Shown here piece after piece: positions 25,701 to 37,982 of a stretch of DNA of 64,000 nucleotides. Every line of letters starts with the position of its first letter. Position 1 is the first letter of the stretch. Below the pieces are notes generated by a model. The model searched no databases, was not told the origin of the DNA, and saw only the letters and a program-made list of their open reading frames with translations. A program made the position numbers and the translations under genes. The stretch lies in the NCBI RefSeq assembly GCF_001194135.2, contig NC_068989.1:5005104-5069103 (forward strand), in the 5' to 3' direction. Source of the stretch: Octopus bimaculoides. Taxonomy: Eukaryota.

Positions 25701-27091
25701 TTTACCCATTTTTTTATTACTCGTCACTTAGGTAGGCACTAGGAATTACAACTACTTAAAATGAAGTGTGCTACAAAAGACAAGGGTTAAGAGCCACTAG
25801 TCTACACCATTTGTTAAGATTAGACGCTGTCATATTTTTTTCAGTTCACTGGTTCCATGTTGATGGCTAGAAGTACATAAATCCATGTAAAAAATATGCA
25901 GACTTGCAGCATGTGACAGTCAATACAATTGGAGTAGCTAAGCACTGGAACCTATTTTTGTGAGCCAAGTAGAATCTTTGACTGATTGCTGACTTGTGTA
26001 ATCAATCTGTGAATTTTGAACAAGAATACAATCAAAATTTCTTAATCTACTACTTTTAATTTTGTAAAAGCCCTAGTTTCTTCTAAATTATACAAATTCA
26101 ATTCACAACCCTACTGTAACCATAAGCATAACCTTGATTTGAACACCAACTGCAATTATATTATTCTTAATAGATGTCCTTTTGACACTAAACACAATGT
26201 TGACACCAACACATTACAAACATTCATAACGCTAACCTCTACACCTCTCATATTATGCTATAATAATCACACCCACACATTTTGGAATTGAAAGAAAACA
26301 ATCAACATTTTACTTTCCAAATTCATTTTCTATTTAAAGAATAGTAATATTTACTACACAATGAAATGGAGCAATATTTCAAGGGCTGATTAAATGCATC
26401 AGGGAAAGATTAACCACCCCTCTTGCTAAAGGCACTGTCCTTAGTAAATATAAGAAAAAATTGCTTTCTGCCAATATAAGTAGTAGGAAACTTGTCCTCA
26501 TTACAAAGCTAGAAACTTAACAAATAAGCAGCTAGGTTGAATGTTTACCTTGCTATAATTTGCCTTGTAACTTTATCGATTGAAGTGTTGGGCTGTTATC
26601 AGGACCTGACCTTTCTCTTATAGCCATTCACTCCTTTCAGATAATATTTTTGTTAGATTGTACCATTTATTTATAACAGAAGTTCTTTCATTATAAGAGG
26701 GTCTATTTGTCCTAGAACTGACCTTTGATATTTTAAAAAAATGATTTTGTCCCAAACAAAGCTTGAGGCCTCTGTAGCATAAGGGGTGACTAAAAAGAAA
26801 AAGAAGGAGGCCTACAAATTCAGAAGATGTCGATTGACACAAAGCTTAAAGGACTGAATATCATAGATAAGAGGAAAACAAGGCAATAAGAATGAGTTCC
26901 AGAGAGCAGCAGTTGGCAGAAAGAAAATATTTGAATAAAAGGACTTGGAAAATACAGCCGAGAAACAATGTGTTCATCTTATATTTTTCCCCATTTTCTG
27001 ATTTTCTAAAAGCTCCTATTTCATCATCATCATCATCATCATCATCACCATCACCANNNNNNNNNNNNNNNNNNNNNNNNNNNNNNNNNNN

Positions 27092-27146
<55 letters not shown>

Positions 27147-27147
<1 letters not shown>

Positions 27148-27335
27148 GTTGTCGTTTAACATCTGAGTTGAATGCCAGAAATGAAATTGAGGCCAAAAAC
27201 ATGCTGACCATGCTGGTAATCCCATACAGCTTCAATGTTATAAACTGGTCCATCTCTGAGATCAGCAAAGTTGATGTCATTGAGAAATGCAGCAAGAAGA
27301 ACCTGTACCCAAAGGAAAATGTGTCCCCAACTGAC
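27147..27335 (+). mobile_element. R4/Dong-like RT C-terminal fragment
   Basis: SELNARNEIEAKNML..VIPYSFNVINW..EI.K.D matches the R4-clade pattern SELNA.NKI.AIN.LA.PV..YSF....W. Confidence 0.65.
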
Positions 27336-27699
27336 AAAGCAGTTGTTGTTGTTGTTGCTGTTTACACAGATATTATTCTTTTCAGTTGCATGGTACCTTA
27401 CCTGTTAGAATCTTTAGATGCCAACTCTTGCTGTCCCTCGACATCTCTGGTTAAGACCTGAGTGCAGCTTGGTTGTATAAATTAAAGCAAAGCTAAAACA
27501 TAATGATGATGATGGTGGTGATGATGGTGNNNNNNNNNNNNNNNNNNNNNNNNNNNNNNNNNNNNNNNNNNACGGGGTGGTGGTGGCGGTGGTGGTGGTG
27601 GTGCAGATGACAAATAATGATGATGATGATGATAAAAATGCAGCAAAGTAACCTTAAAGAAAAGGAAAAATTAATTAAAAGCATTAATATTATGCAAGA

Positions 27700-28160
27700 T
27701 AAAGAAACCGAGATAAGCGAATTAGACCAAACCTAGACATACAAATACTTAGTAATCAATGAACTAGACATACTAAAACAACAACAACAACAACACACAC
27801 ACGCAAATCAAAGAAAAGATTAGGAAGGAATATTATAGATGCATTAGATTAAAGCAAAAATTAGCTAAATGCAAAACAAAGGAAAAAATAAGGCAATAGG
27901 TAGCAATGCTTTAGCTATTCTAATAATAAGTTACTGTTATAGAATTCTCTGTTGGATACTAAAGGAGCTAGCAAGACTAGATTGAAAAACAAGAAAGATA
28001 ATTACTGCGTTTAGAATACACCACCTAAAATCTGATGTAGAAAGATTACATTTACTGTGGAAACATGATGGTAGGGGTCTTATGAAAGTAGTGCAACTAG
28101 AAAACTATTATAAAATATCCACTGTAAGACAACAAAATTATCTTGTAATGAATCAGGATA
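27700..28160 (+). mobile_element. R4/Dong-like RT C-terminal fragment (older)
   Basis: Translation includes TYKYL..IKEKIRKEYYR..ELARLD*KTRKIITAFRIHHLKSDVERLHL..GRGL. Confidence 0.7.
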
Positions 28161-28429
28161 ATGAAGAGAAATAGCTATGAAACTCAAACAAAACAGAAAT
28201 AAATTGCTTTCTGTTTTCATTAGAAGACAACAAATACAAAAACAGAGGCTGAAATGAGAGGTTGTTACGAAGAAAAATGAGAAACAACAGAAGTTGTGTA
28301 AAGGCTAAGCCAAACTTTTGGAGCATGAGACGTTTTGGCACTGCTGATTTGGAGCTGCTTGTTTGGCATTGCTGATTCAATGCTGACTTATTTGATATCA
28401 GATGCTTAACTGTTTCTTTGATATAGTGT

Positions 28430-28640
28430 CACGCAAATGGCACCCATGCCAGTGGCACATAAAAGCTTCCATTACACTCTCAGAGTAGCTGACATTAGGA
28501 AGGGCATCCAGCCGTAGAAAGCCATGCCAAATCAGACTGGATCCTGGCACAGCCTTCCAGTGTGCCAGCCTGGTCAAACAGCCCAACCCATGCCAGCATG
28601 GACAATGGACATTAAATGACGATGATGATGATGATGATGA
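28430..28640 (+). mobile_element. RTE 3' copy
   Basis: Same 3' UTR blocks and (GAT)n tail. Confidence 0.8.
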
Positions 28641-28855
28641 TAAAGAAAACATTACTAGTTTCAATGATGAATCTTATCAAATATCAGTAAAAATTTATAA
28701 AAATTTGTAATAAAAACAGGTTATCTTCTGTCTGGGGATCAAAGTTTTTGACCCCCAGACAGAATATAAACCATTTTTACTTCAAATTTTTATAAATTTT
28801 TACTGATATTTTATAAGATGAGATTCATCATTGAAACCAGTAATAATTTCTTTAT
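28640..28855. mobile_element. Palindromic MITE of about 215 bp
   Basis: The two halves are reverse complements around a centre at about 28745 (ttactagtttcaatgatgaatc / gattcatcattgaaaccagtaa; tctgtctgggg / ccccagacaga). Confidence 0.65.
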
Positions 28856-29040
28856 AAAACTGTTAAATCATTTTATTAGATTCCTTCTTAAATTGAAATG
28901 TTTTATCAGATCCAGTCTGATTTGGCATGGTTTGTTTCTGTGCTATTTCCACCTCCATCTTTTATATATAAAAGTTTGATTTGTATAGATCTCTAATCTT
29001 TTTCANNNNNNNNNNATATCGTTATATATATATATATATA

Positions 29041-29570
29041 CAGGGTTATTCAAAAAGAATGAACAAATTTCATTACACAATATTTTAATAAGGAAAAGCA
29101 ATAGAAAACTCCAGTTAAGTCACAGGTATTCACTCACAATCAACTTTTATTTCTTGTCTTCCAAGTGTTTAATGTGGCCACAACTGGTAGCACAGGCAAC
29201 ATCAATACGATAAGAGAACTCCTCCCAGACATGTATCAGCATATCAAAAGCAAGGTCATTATGGAACTAAAGAATAAATTTGCTTTGGCTTGAGACGATT
29301 CCAGAAGGGAAATGGAAAAACTTGGATAAAGCGTTCCACCAGATAGCCAAAGAAGTACTCAGTGGATCATAATATGCTGATATGCACCAGGGAGGAATTC
29401 TCTTATCGCATTGATGCTGCCCGCGCTGCAGGTGGTGGCTACATCGAACACTTGTAAGACAGGAAATAAAAGCTGATTGTAAGTAAATACTTGTGACTTA
29501 GCTGGAGTTTTCTATTGCTTTCCTGATCAAAATATTGCATAATGAAATCAGTTCATTCTTTTTGAATAAC

Positions 29571-29574
<4 letters not shown>
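29041..29574. mobile_element. Fold-back mariner derivative with inverted arms of about 204 bp
   Basis: TA-CAGGGTTATTCAAAAAGAATGAAC...GTTCATTCTTTTTGAATAACTCTG-TA. Each arm contains a transposase C-terminus (EEFSYRIDAARAAGGGYIEHL*). Confidence 0.85.
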
Positions 29575-29647
<73 letters not shown>

Positions 29648-30439
29648 ATATATATGTGTGTATATTATACACAGCTCCGTCATTTTAACATTCACTTTTC
29701 CATGCTTACATGGGTTGGATGGAATTCATTGAGGCCTTTTTCTAGTTGAGTAGACTGGAGCAATGTTAAATGAAGTGTTTTGCTGAAGAACACAACACTT
29801 CACCCGATATATGAGTTGAAACCACAACCGTATGATCATGAATCCAACACCCTAACCACTAAGCCATGTGCCTCCACATATTATAAGGGTGAGTCGTAGT
29901 AAATGGGAAGATGAAGATGAAGAAGACAGTAGTGATGGTGCACCAAAGCAAAATTTCAAGGTAGGTGAAGCATAAGGGTGGACACTGTAAGTGGGTGAGG
30001 TGCTGGAAGGACAGGTGGGTTGTTTCAAAAGACTGTGGTGGTGGTGGTGGTGGTGAGAATAATAGATGCTCCAAGAAGGTAGCAGAGATAGATGTATTGT
30101 ATAATGTGTAGGGGTGGAAGTGCAGTTGAAGGGAAATACCAGTATAGAGACCAGGTAAGGTGAGTGAGCAATGTGTGTGTGTGTGAGTGTGTGCGTGCGT
30201 ATACACACGCACAAACACAAATATATTAAAGCCATAAAGTTAAAGTCTGGTCTTATAGTGACCAATGGTTTCGCATCCACGAAACCATCGGTCACTTTAT
30301 AACCAGACTTTAACTTTATTGTTTTAATTCTTTACTGCTCTATACTTTAGTGTGTGCTTCTTATTCGGATATATGATACACTGTCAATATTTATATATAT
30401 ACATATATATATATATATATACAGAGAGATCCATTTACA

Positions 30440-32089
30440 TCAATGAGGTGAAGAGAATTCGTTGTTTTGTTAGCTCTCAGCGCTTAGTTCAAATAGTCAA
30501 ATAGTCACACACACGCAAAAGTAGCAATATAGGCGATATGATGGCTCTGATAGTTAGTGGGAGGTAAGAGCATTAACTCTTCCGAAAAGTAGAATAAGCT
30601 TTATTGAATACAACGCGAAACCTGCGGTTGAGAAGTTGTAGCCAACCTGAACGGAATAAAATATTGCAGGTGCTGTTTGTGTAGTCTTCACCGGATATTT
30701 GCAGGAGGAGGAGGAGGCTGAATGAATGGTAAAGATAGAAAATGTAGGGGTGCGGTAAACAGAGTAGCATCACTGTAAATAATAGGAGGCATCCTTTGGC
30801 GAATACCCATGGAATAAGTTATCTGAATATCTCGGAACTGTGAACAATAGAAACCATATTTTGTCTGATACACGCACATATAAGGAATTGGAGCGCATGA
30901 TCGTGTTCTCCGATGAAATTAGGCTCTGCCCGGAAACGTTAGACTTTCGTTCTCACGGTTTATCAAAATACCTTTTATTTTCTTTGTCTTTCTTTTTAAT
31001 TCTCTCTTTCCCTCTCTCTCTCTCACACTACAAACACTCTCTTTATCTCTCTCGATATTCTACATATCAATTAGGATTATCAAGCCGTATATTATTATTA
31101 TTATATATTGTTTTTATGTGTGTATTATAAGTATTGTTTTATATACATTGTATATTTCAATGAGTGTGTATATTCGCGTGTGTAATGATGTGTGTATACT
31201 ACATCAGATGAAAGACAGAACAAAAGAACAACAAGAGGATGAGGAAGGATGAGGGTTGACGTCACGTTTCGTGAGTGCTGTAACTCATGGCATTGGCATT
31301 TTATTGTGAAGCAAATAACAACACAAGTATGCTTGTCTCTTGTGGTGTCAGCCACACTCGACTTTTATCTAAATCTCTCCAGGCGACACTATGTAGCTAT
31401 TCCCCCTCGCTCTGCTTCTACCGCCACCTCCGTTCGCCACACTGACTTGCACTCGAACGCACACCTCTCTTTTTCATAGATATATTGACAAATAGTTAAA
31501 GAGATAGAGAGAAGTGCAGATATATACATGTTATGTCTGTATAAACACACACGCAATGAAATGATGTGTTTTCTCCGATGTTTATGGATGTTCTCATCCG
31601 TTAATTTACCTATGTACGGCTCTAACCATAGATATAAATGCGTTTAATTGCGCAGCTTTTTGACAATGTCAACATGGTTTAAAGGTAAAAGTACAGTTAC
31701 ACTCTCTGCCAAAGACTTTGGAGGTGTAAAAAACGACAGGTTTGGGGGTGGTAGTTAGTGCAGCTTTTGTTTATCACGATGGCCTGTCTGTGAACTCCTG
31801 TTTTAAAAAGCCGGTTGGTCCGCTGTCACTTCACTTCACTTAGTGACAGCCGGCCCAATCGGTTTGTTCTCTCTAATTCAATAATGTTTTAACTACGAAC
31901 ATATTTGAAATAGTTAAATAAGGTAGTTGAATTAATGGATTGACTAGCCTGGCTTTTCACCACTTTATAGTCACAGCTAATTCATCCTGTCATTATTGTT
32001 CTCATTCCTCCCTTTGTTAATTTAGCCTTGTAGATCGACACTTACATTCATATACATCCACTTACACCTATTTACGTTTCTATATATTT
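30440..32089 (+). promoter_or_regulatory. CpG-retaining probable promoter and 5' UTR region of C1GALT1
   Basis: Non-repetitive and visibly richer in CpG than its surroundings. Perfect CRE palindrome TGACGTCA at 31257-31264. Candidate donors GAG|gtaaga (30563/4) and TTC|gtgagt (31270/1). Confidence 0.5.
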
Positions 32090-32354
32090 ATGATGATGCC
32101 ATCGAGGATGGCTGTAAGCCTAACGAAGAGGGGCATCGCTACATTTAGCGTTGGCATTATATTCGGTTTCGCTTTCACGTACATGTTAGCCTATTCGTCG
32201 CAATGGAATACCCGTTTCTTCTCGCCCAAAGAGACACGCATATATTACAGTAACTACATACCCGACAGCCCCCACGGACACGGTGGTGTCGAACATTTAG
32301 GGGGCCCGGACAAGTCCTTTAAATGGGCAGACTCGGAGCACCACAGTCATCAAG
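32090..32354 (+). CDS. C1GALT1: C1GALT1 coding exon 1: cytoplasmic tail, type II TM anchor and stem
   Basis: ATG at 32090. Hydrophobic TM segment GIATFSVGIIFGFAFTYMLAY. Ends at CAAG|gttagt (phase 1), and this G joins GT of exon 2 to give in-frame Gly. A pyrimidine-rich acceptor lies just upstream (AG at 32024-25 or 32032-33). Confidence 0.88.
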
Positions 32355-32480
32355 GTTAGTAACTACATTCGCTATATATATATATATTATAAATTTATTC
32401 TGGATGAATTCATTGCCGATATTTCCAACGTAAAGTGATTGATATTATAAGCATCAACTTTTCTGTTTCAAATAGGTGCT

Positions 32481-32548
<68 letters not shown>

Positions 32549-34709
32549 NNNNNNNNNNNNNNNNNNNNNNNNNNNNNNNNNNNNNNNNNNNNNNNNNNNN
32601 NNNNNNNNNNNNNNNNNNNNNNNNNNNNNNNNNNNNNNNNNNNNNNNNNNNNNNNNNNNNNNNNNNNNNNNNNNNNNNNNNNNNNNNNNNNNNNNNNNNN
32701 NNNNNNNNNNNNNNNNNNNNNNNNNNNNNNNNNNNNNNNNNNNNNNNNNNNNNNNNNNNNNNNNNNNNNNNNNNNNNNNNNNNNNNNNNNNNNNNNNNNN
32801 NNNNNNNNNNNNNNNNNNNNNNNNNNNNNNNNNNNNNNNNNNNNNNNNNNNNNNNNNNNNNNNNNNNNNNNNNNNNNNNNNNNNNNNNNNNNNNNNNNNN
32901 NNNNNNNNNNNNNNNNNNNNNNNNNNNNNNNNNNNNNNNNNNNATATATATATATGTGTGTGTATGTGTGTGTGTGTGTGTGTATGTGTGTGTGTGTGTG
33001 TATGTATGTGTGTCTCTTATAATAATAGGAATTGTCAAGGGAGGTTGGTTAGTTCGCCAAACACTAGTTCACACCCCTCCGTATTATGCATGGAGTTAGG
33101 AATAACATTTGTTAATTAGTGTCTTAATATTTGGTTTCGAGAATTCGCGTGAACGTAAGACTCCATGTGTGTCTGAAAGTGTTTATATTTTGTTTTACTT
33201 TTGTGATTGTGATTTGTTGTGTGTGTGTGTGTGTGTGATTTGTTGTTTAGGTTAGCACTGATCTGAGACATTCAAGCCGTGACCGTTCCTTATTTGTTTC
33301 GTATGTTAGAGAACCTTGAATCGCGTCCAACGCGCTCTTTTTCTAAAACGATAAGCTGTGGTTTTAAGATGTGACTATTATTTCCAGCAAGTCGAGTGAC
33401 CACGTATTGGGGCTGTTTTATGTTATGTTTATCGGGTACCAGAGGACCATATTTTCTGAATATAAGCTAGGAACAAGAAACAATATACCGATATTGCTGC
33501 ATTTATATCCGATAAAGATAATGCCCCCGTCTAGTTAATGAGGGTGCCTGTACATGGTTGCGCGACTTCTCTAGAAAAACCAATCAAATCTCCCTGAAAT
33601 CACGCCTTTTAAGAAACGAAAACATTGGATAATATTGATCTGAGTCTACTCTACTGTACCTAGGAAAAAAATAAATAAAACTCATAGATAGAAGGCTTTA
33701 AATGAGGATTGAAAAAGAATAAAAATTTGGGGAGCGAACACGTTGCTATATTTAAAACCTTTTCATTGTGATATTTCTGTTAAAATACACTGCTCTTGGT
33801 TTATTTCATTTTAAGAACTGTCAATTTTAATCTGGTGTTTGGAAGAAAATTAACATAAAAGTTTGATCATTTTAAAACAAGAAGTTTGTTATAAAATCAA
33901 GGGCGGTCTTAAGCGGGTTGGTATCAAAAGGGTTAAAAAAGATAGTTTCCAACTATTTTAACTTGCCGAACACACCGAAGAAACAATTTTTATGCCTGCA
34001 AAATCGTGAATAGGATAGGATTGCTAAAAAAATTTCATTAATATCAAGTCCTTTAAGATTCAGATTTCTTTGTCAAATGTATTGCTTATTTATTCATGTT
34101 ATTTTAAATTAACCATGCATTATCTTGTAGCTTCGAGATTTAAATGGTGTATTTATATATTTTTAGAATGACATTGTAGGTTATGTGTGAGAGGTTGGTT
34201 CTGGTCAGTTTTAGCATAAAACTGGTAGAATATTTGGGCCTCATATAGCCGGATTAAATGCTGAAGGGCTGGAGTGAAAGGGTCTTCGTATTTGTCAGTT
34301 TGAGAAACTCTAGACTAGCTGTTCTTTAACTTGATTTATTAGAAAAAACAGCCAAATGTCACTCAAATGACTCCTTAAATTTAAAACAAGAGGCAAAGGA
34401 CACATCACGTAATAGTCTTTGATTCGTCACGGGTGGATCTGCTTAGATCATAAGCTCTGCTATACCAGGACCTATTTGAGGTTAAGCATGAAACAAAGTA
34501 TTTGTAATATAATCTGATATATTCAATCTATTTTACAATCTCTATTACAAAATGTGTTGCGCCATATAAAATAATCTTTGTATTTATAAAAAAAAAAAAA
34601 AACAACTAGACAACAATGTGTTTGCTTATTATTTATGTGTGAATCTATGTGTGTCTCGGTGAAATCTACAAGTTTTTTTTTCATTCACACTGTTTATTTT
34701 CTATTGTTC

Positions 34710-34745
34710 CTTTCTGTGGAAGAGCGGAGGCTTGAAACGTAAAAG
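34710..34745 (+). ncRNA. Minimal hammerhead-like motif with variant core CUGUGGA
   Basis: CTTT-CTGTGGA-A-GAGC-ggag-GCTT-GAAA-CGT-A-AAAG. Stem I is CTTT/AAAG, stem II is GAGC/GCTT and stem III is the palindrome ACGT. Confidence 0.55.
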
Positions 34746-34852
34746 ACGTTCTCATTTTCCTGAGTGTTAAATTAATACACTTGCTTGTCCCTACACCTGA
34801 CTTCGTCTTTTGTTTTTCTATAAATTTTAACTAATACATCTATGTATATATA

Positions 34853-34894
<42 letters not shown>

Positions 34895-34899
<5 letters not shown>

Positions 34900-35140
34900 G
34901 CAGGAGTGGCTTGCTTACTAACCACATGGTTCTAGGTTCAGTCCTACTGCGTGGCACCTTGGACACGTGTCTTCTACTACAGCCCCAGGCCGATCAAAGC
35001 CTTGTGAGTGGATTTCGTAGACGGAAACTGAAAGGAACCCGTAGTGTGTGTGTGTTTGTTTGTTCCCCCCCCCCCAACACCATCGCTTGACGACCGATAT
35101 TAGTGTGTTTACGTCCCCATAAGAATATGGACTGAAACAA
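34895..35140 (+). mobile_element. SINE family A, 3' truncated
   Basis: Contains gcaggagtggc..ggttcagtcctactgcgtggcaccttgg. Confidence 0.85.
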
Positions 35141-35199
35141 ATAAAAGCATATATATATATGTGATTGTGAGCCTGACGTTCTAGCCACTGAGCCACTCA

Positions 35200-35480
35200 G
35201 TGGTTAAAGTGTTGGGTGCACAATCATGAGGTTAGTGAATTCAATTCTTGGACCAGGCTGTGTGTTGTGTTCTTGAGCAAGACACTTAATTTCATGTTGC
35301 TCCAGTTCACTCAGCTACGTCACTGGTGCCAAGCTGTATCGGTCTTTGCCTTTCCCTTGGATAACATTGATGGTGTGCAGAGGGTGACTGCTGGTCTTCC
35401 ACAAACAACCTTGCTACAGAGGGGAACTTTCTAGGTGCAATCCCATGGTCATTCATGACCAAAGAGCGGGGTCTTTATCC
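35200..35480 (+). mobile_element. tRNA-headed SINE family F
   Basis: Shares its head with family E. Its tail gtcactggtgccaagctgtatc..ctaggtgcaatcccatggtcattcat also occurs at 40080-40340 (+) and 11290-11490 (-). Confidence 0.75.
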
Positions 35481-35883
35481 TTTACCATTTATAAAGCCAT
35501 ATATTATCCTGGTGGTTACTGTGTTTCCTCTTAATTCAGTTTCAGCTGCCAGTTAACCACAATAACTGTTAAATAAAATTGTGAATATGAAAAGTATCTG
35601 TTATCATTAATACTATAATGCACCTGTGAGATCTTGGGTTCAATTCCCAGACTGGTTGTTACATTGTGTTCTTGAGCAAAGCACTTCATTTCACATTGCT
35701 CTATGATCATTTCGACATTTGACATGTGACACCCATTGCACCTGTACAGGTAATGTCGATCTGATGGAGGGAGTGAGCTTATGTCTACACAAACAATTGA
35801 TCCCTATAAACAAATCATCTGAGTGGTTGTTCGGTAACAAATTGTCAGACCCTCAAACGTTGTCTAACGACAGGAGAATACAT

Positions 35884-35972
<89 letters not shown>

Positions 35973-36177
35973 GTATTTGTGGTGCATTGCCAGCTGTTCA
36001 TACAAATCCTCCATATATTATCATCATCATAATCTTTTTAACTTCCACTTTGCGTTGGTCAGTCAGAAATCATTGAGGCAGATATTTTATGGCTAGATGC
36101 TCTTTTTGTTATCGACCTTCATTTCTGAGCAAGATTATATTTTCCCATGGCTAGACATATATATATTTTCCCAAGGC

Positions 36178-36212
<35 letters not shown>

Positions 36213-36251
36213 ATAGGTGCAGGCATGGCTGTGTCGTAAGAAGCTTGCTTC

Positions 36252-36826
36252 CAGTTTACCCTGATTCATTTGTTTTGTTGGATTTGTGTGAGTTAGATGT
36301 GTTTTATTGCCTGCGCGATATTTTTTCTCTTGTGTGATGGAGGGGCATCGATTGAGGAGTTGTGAAAGTTTAAGTTGTTCTGTGTCAAACGTGGAAAGCT
36401 GCCCTCCCTATGAGTTGTCTGAGGAAGAAATGGCAGAGTGCCTGAAGAAAATAGACAAGGCTATGGAAGAAAGAAGTTATGCTGCAGCAATGGAAGAGAA
36501 GTGCAAAGACATAAAGTTGGAGGTTGTAAGCAAGTTTAAGGGAATGCTTGAGAAGGAGGGGAACAAAGTGAAGGTGTTCCCCACCAAAGAAGTAGTGGAA
36601 AGAATGGTAATTTATAGAATGTACTCAGTGACAGCCAGAAAAATTGAGAATATGTCGACGGTACAAAGAGAAAAGGCGTTGAGACAGTCTGGCCAGGGAT
36701 TTCGTACCTTGCCAGAGGAAAGAAATTTGGAATGATAGAGGTGCAGTTTGAAAATGTAGCTATTGCCAGGCTGCACTTGGCAACACCACTGAAAACAAAT
36801 GAAGTAGTTCTTCTACCAGTATATCA
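36252..36826 (+). mobile_element. LINE ORF1-like (probably L1/Tx1 clade) fragment nested in a SINE head
   Basis: A 142-aa ORF plus a frameshifted continuation (GISYLARGKKFGMIEVQFENVAIARLHLATPLKTNEVVLLPVY). SINE sequence stops at about 36251 and resumes at about 36827. Confidence 0.45.
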
Positions 36827-37110
36827 GCATGGCAACTTGGGCAAGTGTCTTCTACTATGGCCTCAGGCTGACCAAAGCCTTGTAAATGGATTTGGTAGAC
36901 GGAAACTGAAAGAAGCCCGTCGTATATATATATATATATATATATATTTGTGTATCTGTGTTTGAACTTCTGTCATTATTTGACAACCGATGCTGGTGTG
37001 TTTATGTTGTAACTTAGCTGTTTGGCAAAAGAGACCTATAGAATGAGTATTAGGCTTACAAAGAATAAGTCCTGGGGTCGATTTCTTCGACTAACATCCT
37101 TTAAGGCAGT
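36827..37110 (+). mobile_element. SINE family A body; its head lies at about 36213-36251
   Basis: Contains catggcaacttgggcaagtgtcttctactatggcc..gaataagtcctggggtcga. Confidence 0.85.
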
Positions 37111-37789
37111 GCTCCTCTGTGGAAGCATTTGCTGGTGAAGTTTCACAAAACCAGTGTGGCTCTCCAGGATCTGCAAATGGCCAACATTGGTGTAAATACA
37201 ATCAGTTGCGAAAATATGCACAAACTATTCCTGATTGAATATTTTCCCATTAATTGTTCTGGACTGAAAAAGACCTTTGGAACAAGAAGTAAAATCCAGA
37301 TTACCTGGTATACAAGTGTACAGAACCATGGTTTAGCTAGCGTGTGTGTGTGCGTGTTGCCTGAGGAAGTCCTTGAGTTTGCACCATCCACCAGGGCCCT
37401 CAAGCCAATGCAGGCTTAAAGAGCAGATCTAAAAGTGCTGCCACCGTAAAAGCTACATCCAGGGTGGACAGTCCCTGTCACCCCACCCTAGCTGTGCTAC
37501 TGGTGCAGAGAGAAGAAGAGTGAGAAAAACAAATCAACGACTCATTCCCTGTCTCTAATCATCTGTCACACTATTTTCAGTAAGTACATTTTCTATTCTG
37601 CTCCATATTCATGTTGTACCTGGACTTCACATCTCTTTCTGCTCTCTTTCTTTCTCTCTCTCACTTTTCAGGTGGCCAAGCCATGTATTCAACTCTTCAG
37701 CAAGACACTTGCTGCTCTCCCTCTGTCATAGTTTTCCTCCAGTCTATAACCTGCTCAGTTGAGGGCTCTTATCTTGTGGGTGCTTGGCA

Positions 37790-37982
37790 ACCTCACTGGT
37801 GCTGGTATCATGTAAAAACAATCCAGTACATTGTGTTGATTGGTTGGCATTAGGAAGAGCGTAACAGAAACCCGTGCCAAAGCAGACGTAGAACTTGGTG
37901 GAATCCTCTGGTTTGTCTGTTGTTGTTGAACTGTCCAACCCATGCCAGCATGGAAAAAGGGGCGTTAAATGATGATGGTGAT
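37790..37982 (+). mobile_element. RTE 3' copy
   Basis: Same 3' UTR blocks and (GAT)n tail. Confidence 0.75.

Noticed and set aside
26723-26789. 67-nt minus-strand segment with a strong acceptor and an AAG|GTCAGT donor
   Set aside because: There is no recognisable protein and no supported partner exons. Such sites arise by chance at this window size.
26892-27461. 189-aa poly-S/poly-H ORF
   Set aside because: It is a chimera of (CAT)n, an N-gap and an R4-like fragment.
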